DNA of 61,215 nt, counting the filler, from Perkinsus olseni (lineage: Eukaryota): assembly GCA_013115125.1 (NCBI GenBank). It is 10 parts of 10 records of this genome, joined end to end, with 100 filler letters (N's around TTAATTAATTAA, not from the genome) between each part and the next. Parts side by side here need not be neighbours in the genome. Positions count along the whole stretch, not along the records: positions 1 to 6,068 come from JABANN010001133.1; positions 6,169 to 12,224 come from JABANN010001134.1; positions 12,325 to 18,371 come from JABANN010001135.1; 7 more parts are not named here. One strand, given 5' to 3'. A program made the translations under genes and the position numbers. The notes below the pieces were generated by a model. That model saw only the letters and a program-made list of their open reading frames with translations. It ran no database searches and was not told where the DNA came from. This document shows, in pieces, positions 1-12,875 of this stretch (the stretch's first letter is position 1; each line of letters opens with the position of its first letter).

Positions 1-73
<73 letters not shown>

Positions 74-90
74 CATCATCATCATCATCA
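1..90. repeat. (TGA)n/(TCA)n microsatellite
   Basis: Direct trinucleotide run at the contig end. Confidence 0.95.
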
Positions 91-166
91 TTACCATCCA
101 ATATTAACAAACCCAAATCGAATTGAGCGTCGCGATACGAGAGTACATCACATGGCAGTGTTGTTA

Positions 167-2027
167 CTACTTCTTCTTTTTCCCGCCCTCCTTCCCTCCC
201 TTCTTGCCTCCCTTTTTAGAATCCAATAGCTTCCGTTTTTCGATGTAAAGCCTTGAACATAACGCTATGTGGTAAGTGGGGAGATCCTATCATTACTACC
301 TGCCCTGATGCTGTAATAATCCCACCCCAGCGGTATCCATAAGATGTGTATGGATAGCTAAATGCTCTCCACTAACTCTCCTGTCTGTAGCCTTCTGCTC
401 CTTCAACTTCACCTCCATTACCTAATACCACTATAAAGTGTCATAGTGGGACGGGTTATTATGATAATTAATATCATGGTCACTTCATCATCCTTCCTCC
501 CCTGCAGAGTGTCCAGTTCTTCCAATATATCATTCCGCCTTGTGGTCAATACCTGCTACTACTACTAATACTGATGGCATTGATGATGCATGATACTTGT
601 ATATCCGATTCCTGGGCTTTCCGTATCTCCTTATCTGACATATCCTGCCATCTCGTACGGTCATCGTTAATCTGTTCTATCTTTTCATTCATGCTCTAAC
701 ATACTCATGATGCTGATGATTATGGTCCCTAAGAGGTATCACTAGAGCATGAGCCAAAGCGGCCTGCTTCTCAATAGCATGTCTTTCTTTTATATCTTCC
801 ATCTCATCAGTCAGGAGTTGCCTCTCTTCCTCATGGAATCTGAGTATGATGATGATGTGGGGAGGAGCGGCCAGCTCTCCTGGCTCAGTAGTATCATTGG
901 AGGACCACTTATTAGTAGCAGTCCTTTCTCGTGCTTCCAGACGCTTCTCTTCAAACCTGAATTATCGATCACTAAAGTCGCTCCTGTTGGTGGTGGCACC
1001 TAAGTTCGATATCTGCTACACTTCTACTCCTGACCAGCTCTTCTTTCAACTTCCTTATTTCGCTATTAGCCTGCCTTGTCTCTGCCTTCTCCTCTTCATA
1101 TCTAATGATGTCTTTGAACATGATGATGATAGAATAGTAAATGGATTACTCTCGGTGTAGTTGTTGTTGTAGGTTAATAACGTCCATTGATGCTGCCTGC
1201 TCTCTAGCCTTTACTACTGATAGGTAGTTCAGTGCCCTACACGTAATGATAATGATAAGTCTACTAAAGTGCAGGATGATAACAATGAAGCGATAGTGGC
1301 AGCAGGAGTAGTAGTACTTCTTCTCTTCATCAACCTTTTGACGTAGATGAAGGAAAGTGAAAGAGTGGTGAAGTTCAAGTTTAAGATCATTAATCCACTC
1401 TTGTGCTAAGTCCCTCTCCTTCTGCATCTTAGCTAGATTGGCCGGTATATCAGGATTGCTTCGTAAGTTCCTGATACACTCAATAGGTATAATAATAGTA
1501 ATAGCCAATAATACTACCTGCATAGATTCTTATTACTCTCCCCTAGACGAGTAGTGATATCATTAAGCATGGTCTGTATCTCCTGTAACCTAACTCTATC
1601 CGATAGTTTGTTACTAAGCTGCTGATCTCGTAACGTGACCAAGGCTTCATATCTCTAAGCAGACAGCCTTCTTCCCTCTAGTGATGGTAGTAGCAGTAGT
1701 ACAGTCTGAAGTTCCTTCTGATCCATGATACTTCTCGATATCTCATCTCCCATGAACCGGGTTAACTCTTCCCTATGTATCGAAGCGTTCGTTCCGAGAG
1801 AGTTAAGGAATTGGAATTTATTCAAAGCCTCATCTAATAGTACCTCCAATGATACCACAACAAAGGTACACCAGCAGCGACAATAACAACAACAACGACC
1901 AACTCACATTCACTTTAAAACTCTCTATCGGGCTTAGTTTGATACCTAACAAACGCACTCATGTACGGGTATAACAGGTAAGAGGAAGTAGAGGCCTACT
2001 CAATTCACTGTTGCTGTTGAAGGCCAT
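167..2027 (-). CDS. Multi-exon coiled-coil flagellar protein, dynein regulatory complex subunit 9 (IQCG)-like
   Basis: Exon peptides EELTRFMGDEISR, RNLRSNPDIPANLAKMQKER and NSEIRKLKEELVRSRS, and a Lys/Gly C-terminus ...LLDSKKGGKKGGKEGGKKKK*, resemble DRC9/IQCG as recalled. Short GT-AG introns; exon boundaries approximate. Confidence 0.6.
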
Positions 2028-2169
2028 GAGGACTCGACGCGAGGAGGAGCGCGACACACTTCCACCAGTGTTGTTGCGTTTCAAATCTCGCTACGCCAAG
2101 ATGATCGATTATGATATAGCGTGATGTCTCGTGGAGGATTTCCTCTTCCTCGAGTACTCATCAGTCGGT

Positions 2170-2659
2170 ATGGCCGAGTTCACCGTCCGAACCAGGAAGT
2201 TCATTACGAACCCTCTATTGGGCCGCAAGCAATTCGTAATAACATTACCCTTACTGCTGCTGCTGCTACTAGCCTAAACGTATCCCTTTATAGGTGGTCG
2301 ATGTCCTTCACCCCGGTGTTGGCAGCGTGTCCAAGAAGGACCTTGCTGATAGCTTGGCTAAGATGTAATAACATATTCATCAATATCAGTATAATGTGGG
2401 TTGTTGTAGGTATAAGGTGAAGGATGCCCGTGTCATCAGCCTTTTCGGTTTCAAGACTCAGTTCGGCGGTGGACGTTCCACTGGTTTCGGTCTCATCTAT
2501 GATTCCGTTGAGAAGGCTCAGGCCTTCGAGCCCAAGCATAGACTCCGTCGTCACGGTCTTGCTGCTGAGTTCCTTGCTAAGCGTAGATCTGGTAAGGAGT
2601 TGAAGAACAAGTGCAAGAAGGTCCGTGGTACCGCCAAGGCCAAGCTTCGTTCCAAATAA
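2170..2659 (+). CDS. RPS24: 40S ribosomal protein S24 (eS24); join(2170..2235,2294..2364,2410..2659)
   Basis: Spliced translation [30 protein letters not shown]...-YKVKD...[21 protein letters not shown]...; two GT-AG introns of 58 and 45 nt keep the frame. Confidence 0.97.
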
Positions 2660-2855
2660 GTATCTACTTCCTGTTGTTTCATCACGACGACTACGACGAA
2701 GGGGAGGAGTACTGTTACTACTACTAAGTAGTAGTAGTAGTAGTAGGGCGAGTAATACCTACTGGTGGAGTTGTCTATTGCCGACTATATGATCTCGGGT
2801 TGTGTTGTAATGATCATTATTAGTGGGTTTAATGATATTTAGAGTAGCTTGAATA

Positions 2856-4800
2856 ATGTCGTCTGAGGGGGACCCTGCCATACCGGCTAGTAACGATGAG
2901 AGAGGGAACGAGGACGATGGGGACAAGAACAATGATGAGGTACATCAAAGACCACATCAATCGAAACCAGATCGTCATGATGATCATCAGCAGCACAATA
3001 CTCAACTGATGGGAGAATCCTTAGAAGGTCACTCTAATGATCACTCGACAAAGCAAGAGACATCTTCGAGTACGTTGGCATATTCCTGGGTGGATGGGAT
3101 GGATTGTTGACTGCTCTTAGAAGACGGTGAGAAGGAAGCGGTGATGGATGATGAGCATACCCGACAGCATCAAGATAGTACGCCTGATGATAACGAAGTA
3201 GGGGAATTGTGGTACGATAATGATGATATGGGCCAGCGCAGGTGGTGGACAATCGTAATGCAGGAAGATCAGCATCACCAGCGAAGGTGATCAGCAGACC
3301 TCATCGACCATCGATAGTAATGATTAGGACGTGAATGATGAGTTTAGCGAGCTCAAAGGAGAGGAGCAGCAAGGGCCGACAGAGAACAGTCAAGCAAACA
3401 TTCGTACTCTTCAATGCGTTGATCATCTACTGGAGACTGTACTATCATACCAACAACAGCAGCAGCAGCAGTAACAGTAACAGTAACAGAGGGTTATCTG
3501 CTGGTCATAGGTTAATTTACTAACTGCTGACCTTCCACATGATAATACAACATCGCTCAATGAGCATATTAAACGGATAGAGGCTGATGCTAAGGAGATA
3601 CAAAAGCTGCTGCTGCGAACAACGCCAGTAGTAGTATTCTATCATTATTACCATCCTTATGCTACTCTTAGGCGTCTACTGCGGTAGTAGGGCCCGATGA
3701 TGGGATGGACGCTACGAGTAGGAAGGCTCTCAGCATGGTTCATCTAAGGTTATTGGCACTCAGATAGTGGCGGTAGCATTGCAGCGGAGGGGATCCAACA
3801 ACAACAACAACCTCATGATGGGTTAGTGTGAGTAATATCATTCACTCCCATTGGGACTAACTATATTAGGGACACTACCGAGGGGACGGAGTATGATGAA
3901 TACGAAGTTGAGGAGTTGAAGCGGGTACGACGACAGATCAGGTAGTATTAAAGAATACATCAGCAGCAGCAGCAGATCTACAGCGGCAGCAGCAGATACC
4001 TCTTCGGTGGGGTGTTGGCATCTTTACCAACTGACCATACTCACAGTATTACATCGATGCAACAAGAAGAAGAAGAGGAGTATGACAATGATAGGGTATT
4101 ACTGTAATAGCGATAGAATCTATCGTGGAGATGTTAATATTATTAGTATCAACACACGCTCATCGTCTTTACTGTCTTCAGTATTATAGATCTGCACAAC
4201 ACCAAGCAATATCTCATTATCGTTATGGTGAGTTAGAGATAACGATAATTAGGATAATTAGGATATGTAACAATAGGAGGATGATAGGTGCGTTTAAAGA
4301 AGGTTTGAAGGAGAAGATCAGCAGCCATGACCGAAGCCTCCATCGCTCGACATACTCGAGTTCTTCATCATTCCCTACCCCTCCAGAGATTGCTGGATCG
4401 AATCCTGATAGTCCTCCTGAACAGGCTAGGATCGATGATAATACTAATAATAAGGGATCTAACAGGGATAACTCTGGTAACACCACCACCACCACCACCA
4501 CCTGGATAGTATCGTCAACGACAAGTGTATTTCAGGTAGTCGTAGCAGGAATAGAGGAGGACGGGGAGCTGCCCGTAGGTTACAGATAACTCTAGCCTCT
4601 TATCATGCTACTCACTTCTCCCTTGTGTCTCCTCCCCTTTAGAGAGTAGTAGTAGCGAAGACTGGGCCCATCAGATAGTCAAGTCAAGCCTTCTACCACA
4701 CAATAGATGGCAATTCCACAACAATGGCAGCAACGGGCCAGAAGATAACAGTGGAGGGGCAGCAGCAGAAGCAAGGATGGGGAAATCTCGTATAACTTGT
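2856..4800 (+). CDS. Multi-exon hypothetical low-complexity protein
   Basis: ATG at 2856 followed by acidic exon-like stretches separated by short microsatellite introns; no recognisable domain; 3' end uncertain. Confidence 0.4.
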
Positions 4801-5139
4801 AAGTTGGATAATGATGATGGTGGGTTAATAACAATCACTACCATCATCAGGACAAGCCGTCATTTAGTATTCCAACTCCTTATATTTGTTGACTAGCATG
4901 TATATAAACTATTATGATGATGCCGTTAGTGAACCTTGATGATGATGATTGAGTTTGATACGTCTTATGAATACCACAACAGACAGCTGAGCATCCTTAG
5001 GAGGTCATGTCAACGTATCTTCCTCTACTCACAACACAACTCTTGAGAATAGGAAAAGGAGGCAATGGGCCAGTGGATGAGGAGCACAGGATATTATCAT
5101 CATCCATCAGAAACGAGATCCATATTTCCAACTACTATT

Positions 5140-5966
5140 AGTATCTACTGCGAAGTACTTCCCATAGCCTGAAATAATAATCCTCCTCCTCCCTAGTGGT
5201 CCACCCGCGGCCCTACTTGATCCATCAGTTTAGTCATAGTTTCCTGCATCTTTATATTTATGTTAGCAAACTGTTGACTAACAGATAGCTGTGCATGGTT
5301 CAACATAACTGCACTCTCAATATCTTCCGAAGAGACAGAGAACCTGTATGAGCACGGTAACAGCACTAAGCATGATTATCTGATGATATTATTACTTGTT
5401 CTCTACTGCACTGCCAACAATAGCCTGAGCCGCGATAGTAACCGTCTTCATGTCGAAATTAACGCGGACCTGGACCCAGACGAAGAGTAGTCGGCAGCAG
5501 CAGCAGCAGTATAACTATTTGTATTACCGATTCGGGCATGGCAGAGAATTCTGTAACAATACGGTCCAATTGCTGTAGCATAAATTCATGAATGGATATT
5601 ATTTGTTTAACCGACAACTGCTTGGTGGGCTGTGCTCCCCCCTCAGGGATCTTACCACCCATTATCTCGACGATACATTCACGAATCTCTGATACAATAT
5701 AATAAGAATACACAAGGTGTGGACATACACCACTCACGTGGATCGTTCTGTTCCCTATCCAATAGCTGATCGAACTCCATCATACTTAATCCATATCTGT
5801 GGTGGACGATGACAGGTGTGCAGGAAGATGATCAGGATCATCGACAGGATTACGTCTCAAGGGGATCCTTAGGTTGAACGGCTTGCACCTTCTTGTAAAC
5901 GTTTTGGAATTGAAGAGCCTCAGTGTCCCCCTTAGCCTGAGCAGCGGCCAAGTCGCGAGTGAGAAC
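5140..5966 (-). CDS. Hypothetical helical protein, 5'-truncated, multi-exon
   Basis: Exons VLTRDLAAAQAKGDTEALQFQ, IRECIVEIMGGKIPEGG...IHEFMLQQLDRIV and SSEDIESAVMLNHAQL bounded by GT-AG. Confidence 0.55.
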
Positions 5967-5998
5967 CTGTCATAATGATAGTGTTGTGGTTGGTGATG

Positions 5999-6068
<70 letters not shown>
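5999..6068. repeat. (AGT)n microsatellite
   Basis: Direct run at the contig end. Confidence 0.95.
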
Positions 6069-6168
6069 NNNNNNNNNNNNNNNNNNNNNNNNNNNNNNNN
6101 NNNNNNNNNNNNTTAATTAATTAANNNNNNNNNNNNNNNNNNNNNNNNNNNNNNNNNNNNNNNNNNNN
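6069..6168. other. Artificial contig spacer (also at 12225, 18372, 24517, 30661, 36785, 42908, 49030 and 55127; each 100 nt)
   Basis: Identical N44-TTAATTAATTAA-N44 linker with stops in all six frames; contig lengths fall monotonically from 6068 to 5989. Confidence 0.98.
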
Positions 6169-6350
6169 CCTCTTTCCAAACCCACCGTGGCCTCATCGCT
6201 GCCGTAGGTAGCAGCCACACTCTGTCCCTCGAGATAGCTCTGGACGATGTCGATAAGATATCGTGGCACGTCGTATCGAGCCAGGGTAGCCAGAATGTGG
6301 CTATGCTTGACCGAGGGAAACGCATTTTGCACATCGAGCTGGATGACAAC
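6169..6350 (-). mobile_element. Non-LTR retrotransposon (LINE) reverse transcriptase fragment
   Basis: VVIQLDVQNAFPSVKHSHILATLARYDVPRYLIDIVQSYL matches the LINE RT pattern LDxxxAFxSVxH...L...P...IxSYL. Confidence 0.85.
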
Positions 6351-9300
6351 AAACAACTAAACAAAACGCAAACGCAACAAAACGGCAACTAAACAAGTAA
6401 CCGAGTTACTGTAACTCGGCAACCATGCCCACATCCCCATCACTGCGCAGCCTGGGGGAAGTGTTGACCCTCCCTACTTGCTCAAGATACTCGAAGAGGG
6501 TCTTTTGGCCATCTGCACACCAGGCTCATTATCCGATGAGCGCTCGCTGCCGGAGGACAAGTCGGCCGTGCCCTCCTGTCGAGTCCGGTAGGTGACCCCG
6601 TCGGCCAGGGGACCTCCATCGCACCGTCGTCTCCAACTCGGCTAAGATGCTCACTTCCTTTCAGTCGCGGCAATCACCGTGCTCACGCGGTAGAGAACCG
6701 AGTTATCACACCTGAGTTCGGCAACAGCCTCGTCAGAGTAGTCCTGAAGGTGCTGCCGTCAGCAACGGGCCGTTTCCAACGGCGCGACCTGTCAAGTAGC
6801 ACCTGACCATCTCCTTCGAACCAGCCCATCAAGGGACCCTTCGTTACTGGACCCATGCTTTAGCTTCGGTTGCTAACCCGATCTCTCAAAAACTCTCGGC
6901 CACTCTCGAGAGTAGTGGGGGGCCCAGACCATTGCGTTGCGAAATTTCATCATAGTACACGGAGACTCCGTGACGGAGTGGTGCAACAAGATGGTGCTGA
7001 TTCCGATGTGAGGCTGATTCGGGAGTTGACTAGCTTAGTGATGGGTCGCGAGTTTCTGATGCCGACTCTGAAACTCCGAGTTTCGTGCAACGCGTTGCAT
7101 CGCAGCAGACTGGTGGCAGGAGTTGGCTCATTGAGTTAGGCTTCAAGCTCTTCTGCTCCGGCATCGGTATATCCATTGTACCCACCCAAAGCATCGCTAA
7201 CTCGACGCTCCCGCCCCTTGGCTGCAGAAAACCGGACCATTGAGCGACCATGTGTATCCCGGAGTAAACAACGTCCTACACAGTGGGCATGCCTTGCAGT
7301 GCAACCATGACTACGGTCGACGTGATTAGCCAAGCCACCTCGCTCAATGGAACCTGCCCCCGGGTGGTAGTCAGACTATCGTAGTCTACCACCCTCTAAC
7401 ACTGGTAGAGGGTGGGAAAAAAGAATCGGACAGTCCCAGATACAACTAGCAATCGAATGAACTTCAATGGCAATCGATGAAGTGAATAGGTAACGTAACC
7501 ACGACTCTTAGACCTAGCTAGTAACGAGGAATGCAGGCGCATGCCGCATCATCACCATGATCACGATCACCATCATCTTCACCATCAATTATCAGTCTGC
7601 CCTTGCACACTTGCAATTCCTCCATTGGCCTCGCGCCGATCTTGAACTCTAAAGCAAGGGCCCTTGCTTTTCCATACTATCCCGAGTTCGAGGCATTTCT
7701 CATAGGAGCGTCTTGAACACAAGGGATATTATCTTGGAGATTCCGGGTCGGAATCTGCTACCTGAGGAATCTCAGTCGTCACGGGGGTCCTGCTCCTGGC
7801 GGATCGCCAGCGAGCATCGGATGCTCGCTACGTTATTTACGACGATCCTTCGTTTCCAGCCACTGGAGCATCAGCATGATCATGGACCATGATTCATGAT
7901 CATCATCGGGAGTGACGTGTGACCCCTCAGATGTCGTTATACTGTAAATTTGGACCTCTAAATTTAAAATATTCAACGAAGATCGAAGATTCTTCATTGA
8001 AAATTAAACTTCCCGCAACAACCACCAGGCGTAGTATACCTAACATACCCTCCAAAGTTTCCCAATGGAAGATAGAACACAGGCTCCTTTCGCCCAAACG
8101 TGATATGACCAATATATTATAGCCGTGTATGTTCTAACCGTAAGACGATAGGTTTACCCACTGAAGCTCAACAACGAGTTGGGATTTTCCGGATTATCGC
8201 TCACATGATGCGAGTCACATCTACATCTGACAGATGTCATCTGTCTTGAATGCTTCATGTGACATGCTTAAGCTTAGCAGCCGAGCGCCTCAGCTCGAGC
8301 CAATAATTGTTCTATCTCAGCTTCCATTCTCTCGCTATATCAAGAGCTTTGGAAAGCTTATGAGGTGACACCCAAGATGCTCCGAACGTCGTCAAAGTCT
8401 TGTCCTTATTCTTGAACTTAGAGAGTTCCCCTGCTGTAGATGCGGCCACTTCATCCCTCATAAAATCAATGCTTTCTCGTTTGAGGGGAATACTGAGAGC
8501 AAGCCATTTTCCCAAGCTGCGTGGCTGCCAGAGACACTCTGTTACTTGCTTACTTCATCGGCTCGTTCGACTCAAATTCAATCGCGCCAATTACAGCGCA
8601 AGCTGATCTGACAGATCAGATCTGTAGCTCCAATAGGCTGAGCCTGTGACGTATCCTGGTATCTGAGTGACGCAAGAGGGTTGCAATGATGAAATTATGA
8701 TGATACTAATATCATCGTACTGCTATCGATCATTCTGCAATAACATTACCATCATCATAACCGAGCCCACGTGCGCGAAACTAGTCCTTACACCTTTCGG
8801 AAGGTCCGAATTTGCCAGGGATGAGTTTCTTCCTCATCATATACTATTGCTTCCTCGAACTCCCTCCGTACAATCCAGGCTATGACTAGCGGAGCGAAGG
8901 TCTCAGGACTGTCGCTCATGAGCTTGTTCATGCCTTTGATGTCAGGTATCTCTGTTAATGTTATTCTTGTTGTTTCCAGCTCCTTGAGAACCCTCTTTCC
9001 CCATTGGATTATGGCCTCTTCACACGACTCGCCACCGCCGATCCTATTCAGTACTCCCGCTATCGGAAGGCTTCCAGGACTGGGAAACCACTGGAGATGG
9101 ACCCTTTTGCTTTTCTTTTCCACCCACACCCATTCATCATCTTCGAGTTCAAACGCGTTGGCGGCATCCTCTTGCTCATGGCTCTCATTGCCCTTCAATC
9201 TATCGCAGTGAAACACTCACTCCCAAGGAGTAGCTCGTTGAAGACCTACATGGTTTCCCCTAGAGTAGCATAGTCGATGACATACTTGCCCTTTTTCTTG

Positions 9301-10229
9301 TCAAATTTTCCAGCGACCGAAGCTTGTCACTACACGAAGCACTGTAGGAGTTCAAATTTTTATCTCGACCGCTTCCTTAAAGGATGTTCCTTTCCCTCAC
9401 CGGCTCTATGATCCTCTCCAGTTTGCTTGTGCGGAATCCTTTGAAGTCGCTGGTCTCGAGGACGCAGTCCGAATGACTTCTAATGTGGCGCTCATCGCCT
9501 GTCACAATAATGACGAGTCCCCACAATATATGGCTATCTGCGCCACGCCAGGTACGACATATCGACAGGGTTTGCCAGGCAGACGACCCTCAGCTCTGAC
9601 TGTGTGTGCTATACTACCCACCAGTGCGTCTAGCCCTCGGTCTCGCGGCACGATGGTGAACGGTCTGTTGAATGAGTAACGTATTTCTTCGTGCGAAACT
9701 TGTGACTTCTCACCTTGAACAACCTCCCCTCGATTTGAGCGGCCGAGAAGAGGATGATTACGACTTCGAAACAGGGCATTTGCTTCATCTCAACCTGAAA
9801 TCATCACTACTATTTTGGCTCATAGGCTCTCGTTTCTTCGAAGAGGGACTGTTGGCGGACTGTTTCGCGACCGGAAATATGATTCTCGTGCACTGGAAAT
9901 AGGTGAGGAAATCCCATAGACGCTAGGGTTGGGAGAGGCACTGAAACCAGCCAAGCACGAACCTGTAGCCTGTATCCGGGTACCGAGGTGTGACTCGTAA
10001 CCGGATCCGCTCCTACTGCTTTCGTGGGCAGCTCGATGGAGCACTACAGGTCAGCGTGGCTGGGAGCAGTGCAGACTTGGTGCTGTGGTAGCAGAGGCGC
10101 TGGGTGCTTAGCATGGCTTCCAGCTTAGGCTCTGCTTCCGCCGCAACAGGTCCCCCAGCATCAAGGGTGATCCTCTAATGAAGAAAAAAAGGAGTTCGCG
10201 AGACGCTATACGATGTCCCTAGGCTCCGG

Positions 10230-11018
10230 GGGCCTATTTCATAGGACGATTTTCCTTAGGATCCTAAGGGGTTAGGACGCCTTTTTAGGCCTTATGGCTT
10301 TCACAAGGACCGATTCCTAAGCTTAGGACATAAGGGTAGGACATTAGGATCTTAACATTTAGGATTTAGGAATTAGGACGCGGTTATGACATTAGGATAG
10401 GCCGTTAGGACGTATGGATTTCACAAGGCACTTTTCCTAACGTTAGGACACGTTGTTTAGGACAACATCGTAAAGTACCTCGGAAGGTACTTAATAGGCA
10501 TCCTAACCGCCAAAATGGTAGCCGTGAGACGTCCCGCTCCGCTAGAAGCTCCCTGGTTCTCTCCCGGCACATGTCAAATCTTCGGGACTTGTGTATTTTT
10601 GCAAGTTTAATTTCAGCGGCGTGCTGTGCAGTCTGTCTGGAAGTGCACTGCAAGTTGCAGACTGCAATCATTGCAGTACTTTTCTCGCAGGTCCAGCGCG
10701 TGAGGTAGTCAACAAGGTCTCATCTTCATGGCCAGCGATTCAGGTGTTGTAGCTCGGTAGGTTAAGTAACGCGACTGTCACCCGTGAGACCGTCGGTTCG
10801 AACCTGGTAAATCACATTTTTCTCCTTTTTTGCTTGGTATGGTAGGTTAGGACGCCTTTATCCTGAGATAAGGACGTCTTTAAAATTAGGATCCTACTGT
10901 CCTTCAAAGATTTTCATGTGAAGCCGCTTGACTCTTTTAAGGACGTCCTCAGGTTAGGATCCTATTTTTAAAGACGTCCTAAATCCTAACCGGTTAGGAT
11001 TTCTTGTGAAATAGGCCC
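10230..11018. mobile_element. Non-autonomous DNA transposon (MITE), PIF/Harbinger-like, 789 bp
   Basis: 12-bp perfect TIR GGGCCTATTTCA (10230-10241) / TGAAATAGGCCC (11007-11018); 3-bp TSD CGG on both sides; dense subterminal TTAGGA/TCCTAA motifs. Confidence 0.8.
10744..10821 (+). pseudogene. Degenerate tRNA-like (Asp-GTC-like) Pol III unit inside the MITE
   Basis: A-box-like TAGCTCGGTAGG, CTGTCAC loop, B-box GGTTCGAACC, then an oligo-T run; stems imperfect. Confidence 0.55.
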
Positions 11019-12356
11019 CGGGAGTCATCGCGTGTACCACGAGAGCACGCGTACACTCGTTGTGTCGCACGCGTATCTTTGTCTCCTTCGCGCGTGTGTC
11101 CCACTGTTGTGGAACCCTACGGGAACCCTACGCTCCGACAATTTCCCCTCCAAGAAAACCCTGGCTCGTTTTCTCTACGCAAGATTTTGTGCGGCGCGAT
11201 TTGCGCAGCGCGGAGTGGTAGAAATAGTATCTTTCACCAATAGCCCCGCTTTATGAGGATCATGATGCTCGGGCTGGTCCTGCACTTCGTCACTCCGTCA
11301 GTGCCAACCCGTATAGTGGTCACTTCAAGTGACCACTGTATGGGTTGGCAGTCTCGGCATTGCAACTATACGACTGGAATCTGATTGAGTTGAAAGTGAG
11401 CGGAAGACCCTTGTACAAATGTGTGCTCTATGAGCTGCCGCTTCACAATGTGATCGCCACCCTCGCCCCTCGACAATAGCCTGTTCTCAGCAAGACTATA
11501 CGCCGGTTATGCCTGCCAGGCAGGCGCTGCATGCTCCTAGGCCGAGATCGTGGACACCATGGGATGTATTTTGTAAGGTGAACTTCTTCCGCAGGAGGGA
11601 GTCCACCACGGTAAAATGCACTCCGAGTATGCGGCGGACTCCAAGCTGCGCTCTTCACAGCGCTCGCCCGAAATCGATCAGCTGCGCGGTGCGCTAGTTG
11701 GGGCCACCTCAGGTTGGTTGGTCGGTGTTTCTTTTTTTTTGGGGGGGTTGCGACTCAACCGCGTTCGCTTCGGTGGTTTTACGTGCTGCTCGCTCTCCTG
11801 CACGGGCTACGGGTCGCGTCCGTCTAGTCAACTCGTGCCGTCTTCCCTGAGGCTCTCTCTGTGGTTCCATGTGTCAGGATCCTCTAGCAGCACCGCGAGT
11901 TGGCCTATTTTCAAGGCCCGTTTTCCTGCATGTCGCACCCCCTCCCCTCCTGGAGTTGTCATCAAGGGCTCGTCGACCAGGCCATCATTTATTTCTAGTC
12001 CAGAACTTCTAGACGTTTCACACCAGGCTCGGCCTGGCAAGCTGTCCGTGCGTCGTTCGCGGACGTCAGGCTGCGGTTTCGCGGCCACCCTTTTATCTGG
12101 TTCTTCGTGAGCTCTGCTCCCTCGGGGATCTCGCTTGTTTATGACAAGCTTTTGCGTTCTGTTCGTCAGAATCTGCCCGTCTCCGCGATTGATCGTTCTG
12201 CCTTGGCAGTTGTCTCCCTATGGCNNNNNNNNNNNNNNNNNNNNNNNNNNNNNNNNNNNNNNNNNNNNTTAATTAATTAANNNNNNNNNNNNNNNNNNNN
12301 NNNNNNNNNNNNNNNNNNNNNNNNCGGCCTCTTTTTCGGTCAAAAAAAGTTTACTT

Positions 12357-12422
12357 ATGGTCTACGGGTCAGAATGTCGCTAAGACGGCGAGAGGTCCCG
12401 AGTTCAATTCTCGGCACAGCCC
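12357..12422 (+). pseudogene. tRNA-Pro-derived relic
   Basis: TGGTCTA...GCGAGAGGTCCCGAGTTCAATTCTCGG resembles the D, variable and T arms of tRNA-Pro; 5' acceptor strand missing and anticodon loop aberrant. Confidence 0.55.
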
Positions 12423-12875
12423 TATAACTTTGTTCCTATGCCTACAATTTGCTGGCTACGATTTCTCTGAAACTCCTCTGTGAAGAGTCATTAATGTCCT
12501 CAAAGTCTCCACCCGCTTCTGAGGCAACCATCACCGAATGCCTGTCTACTCACCAACTCTCGCCGGAGCTCCGATATCTCAGTGATCAAATGCGAATCTC
12601 CACCTTGGTGGCGACTAGTACTACGAGAGGGCATTTGAATTCACAAGTTATATCGGACGCAACTAGCCAACGGCAAAACCTCATCCCGTTATCCCATCCT
12701 GAGAGAGACGTATGTCATGCCTTCCCATCCCGACCCATGTGCAGTCGTAGTACCAACACTGTTAAAAACTCAACCATTGCACTATGACACATCAATGCTG
12801 TAGCTCTCTCACCCATGCTTCTACCAGAACCGGGTAGGCAGCAGCGGCGAGACCCGCATCGACGGCCCCCGGCAA

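Noticed and set aside
6113-6124. Regularly spaced TTAATTAATTAA motif every ~6.1 kb
   Set aside because: Artificial concatenation linker between N runs, not biological.
8312-9300. Protein-like minus-strand ORFs (also 41316-42900)
   Set aside because: No recognisable motif or coherent exon model; left uncalled.
9808-9826. SL relic (CTATTTTGGCTCATAG)
   Set aside because: Partial match only, with no downstream gene; compatible with chance.
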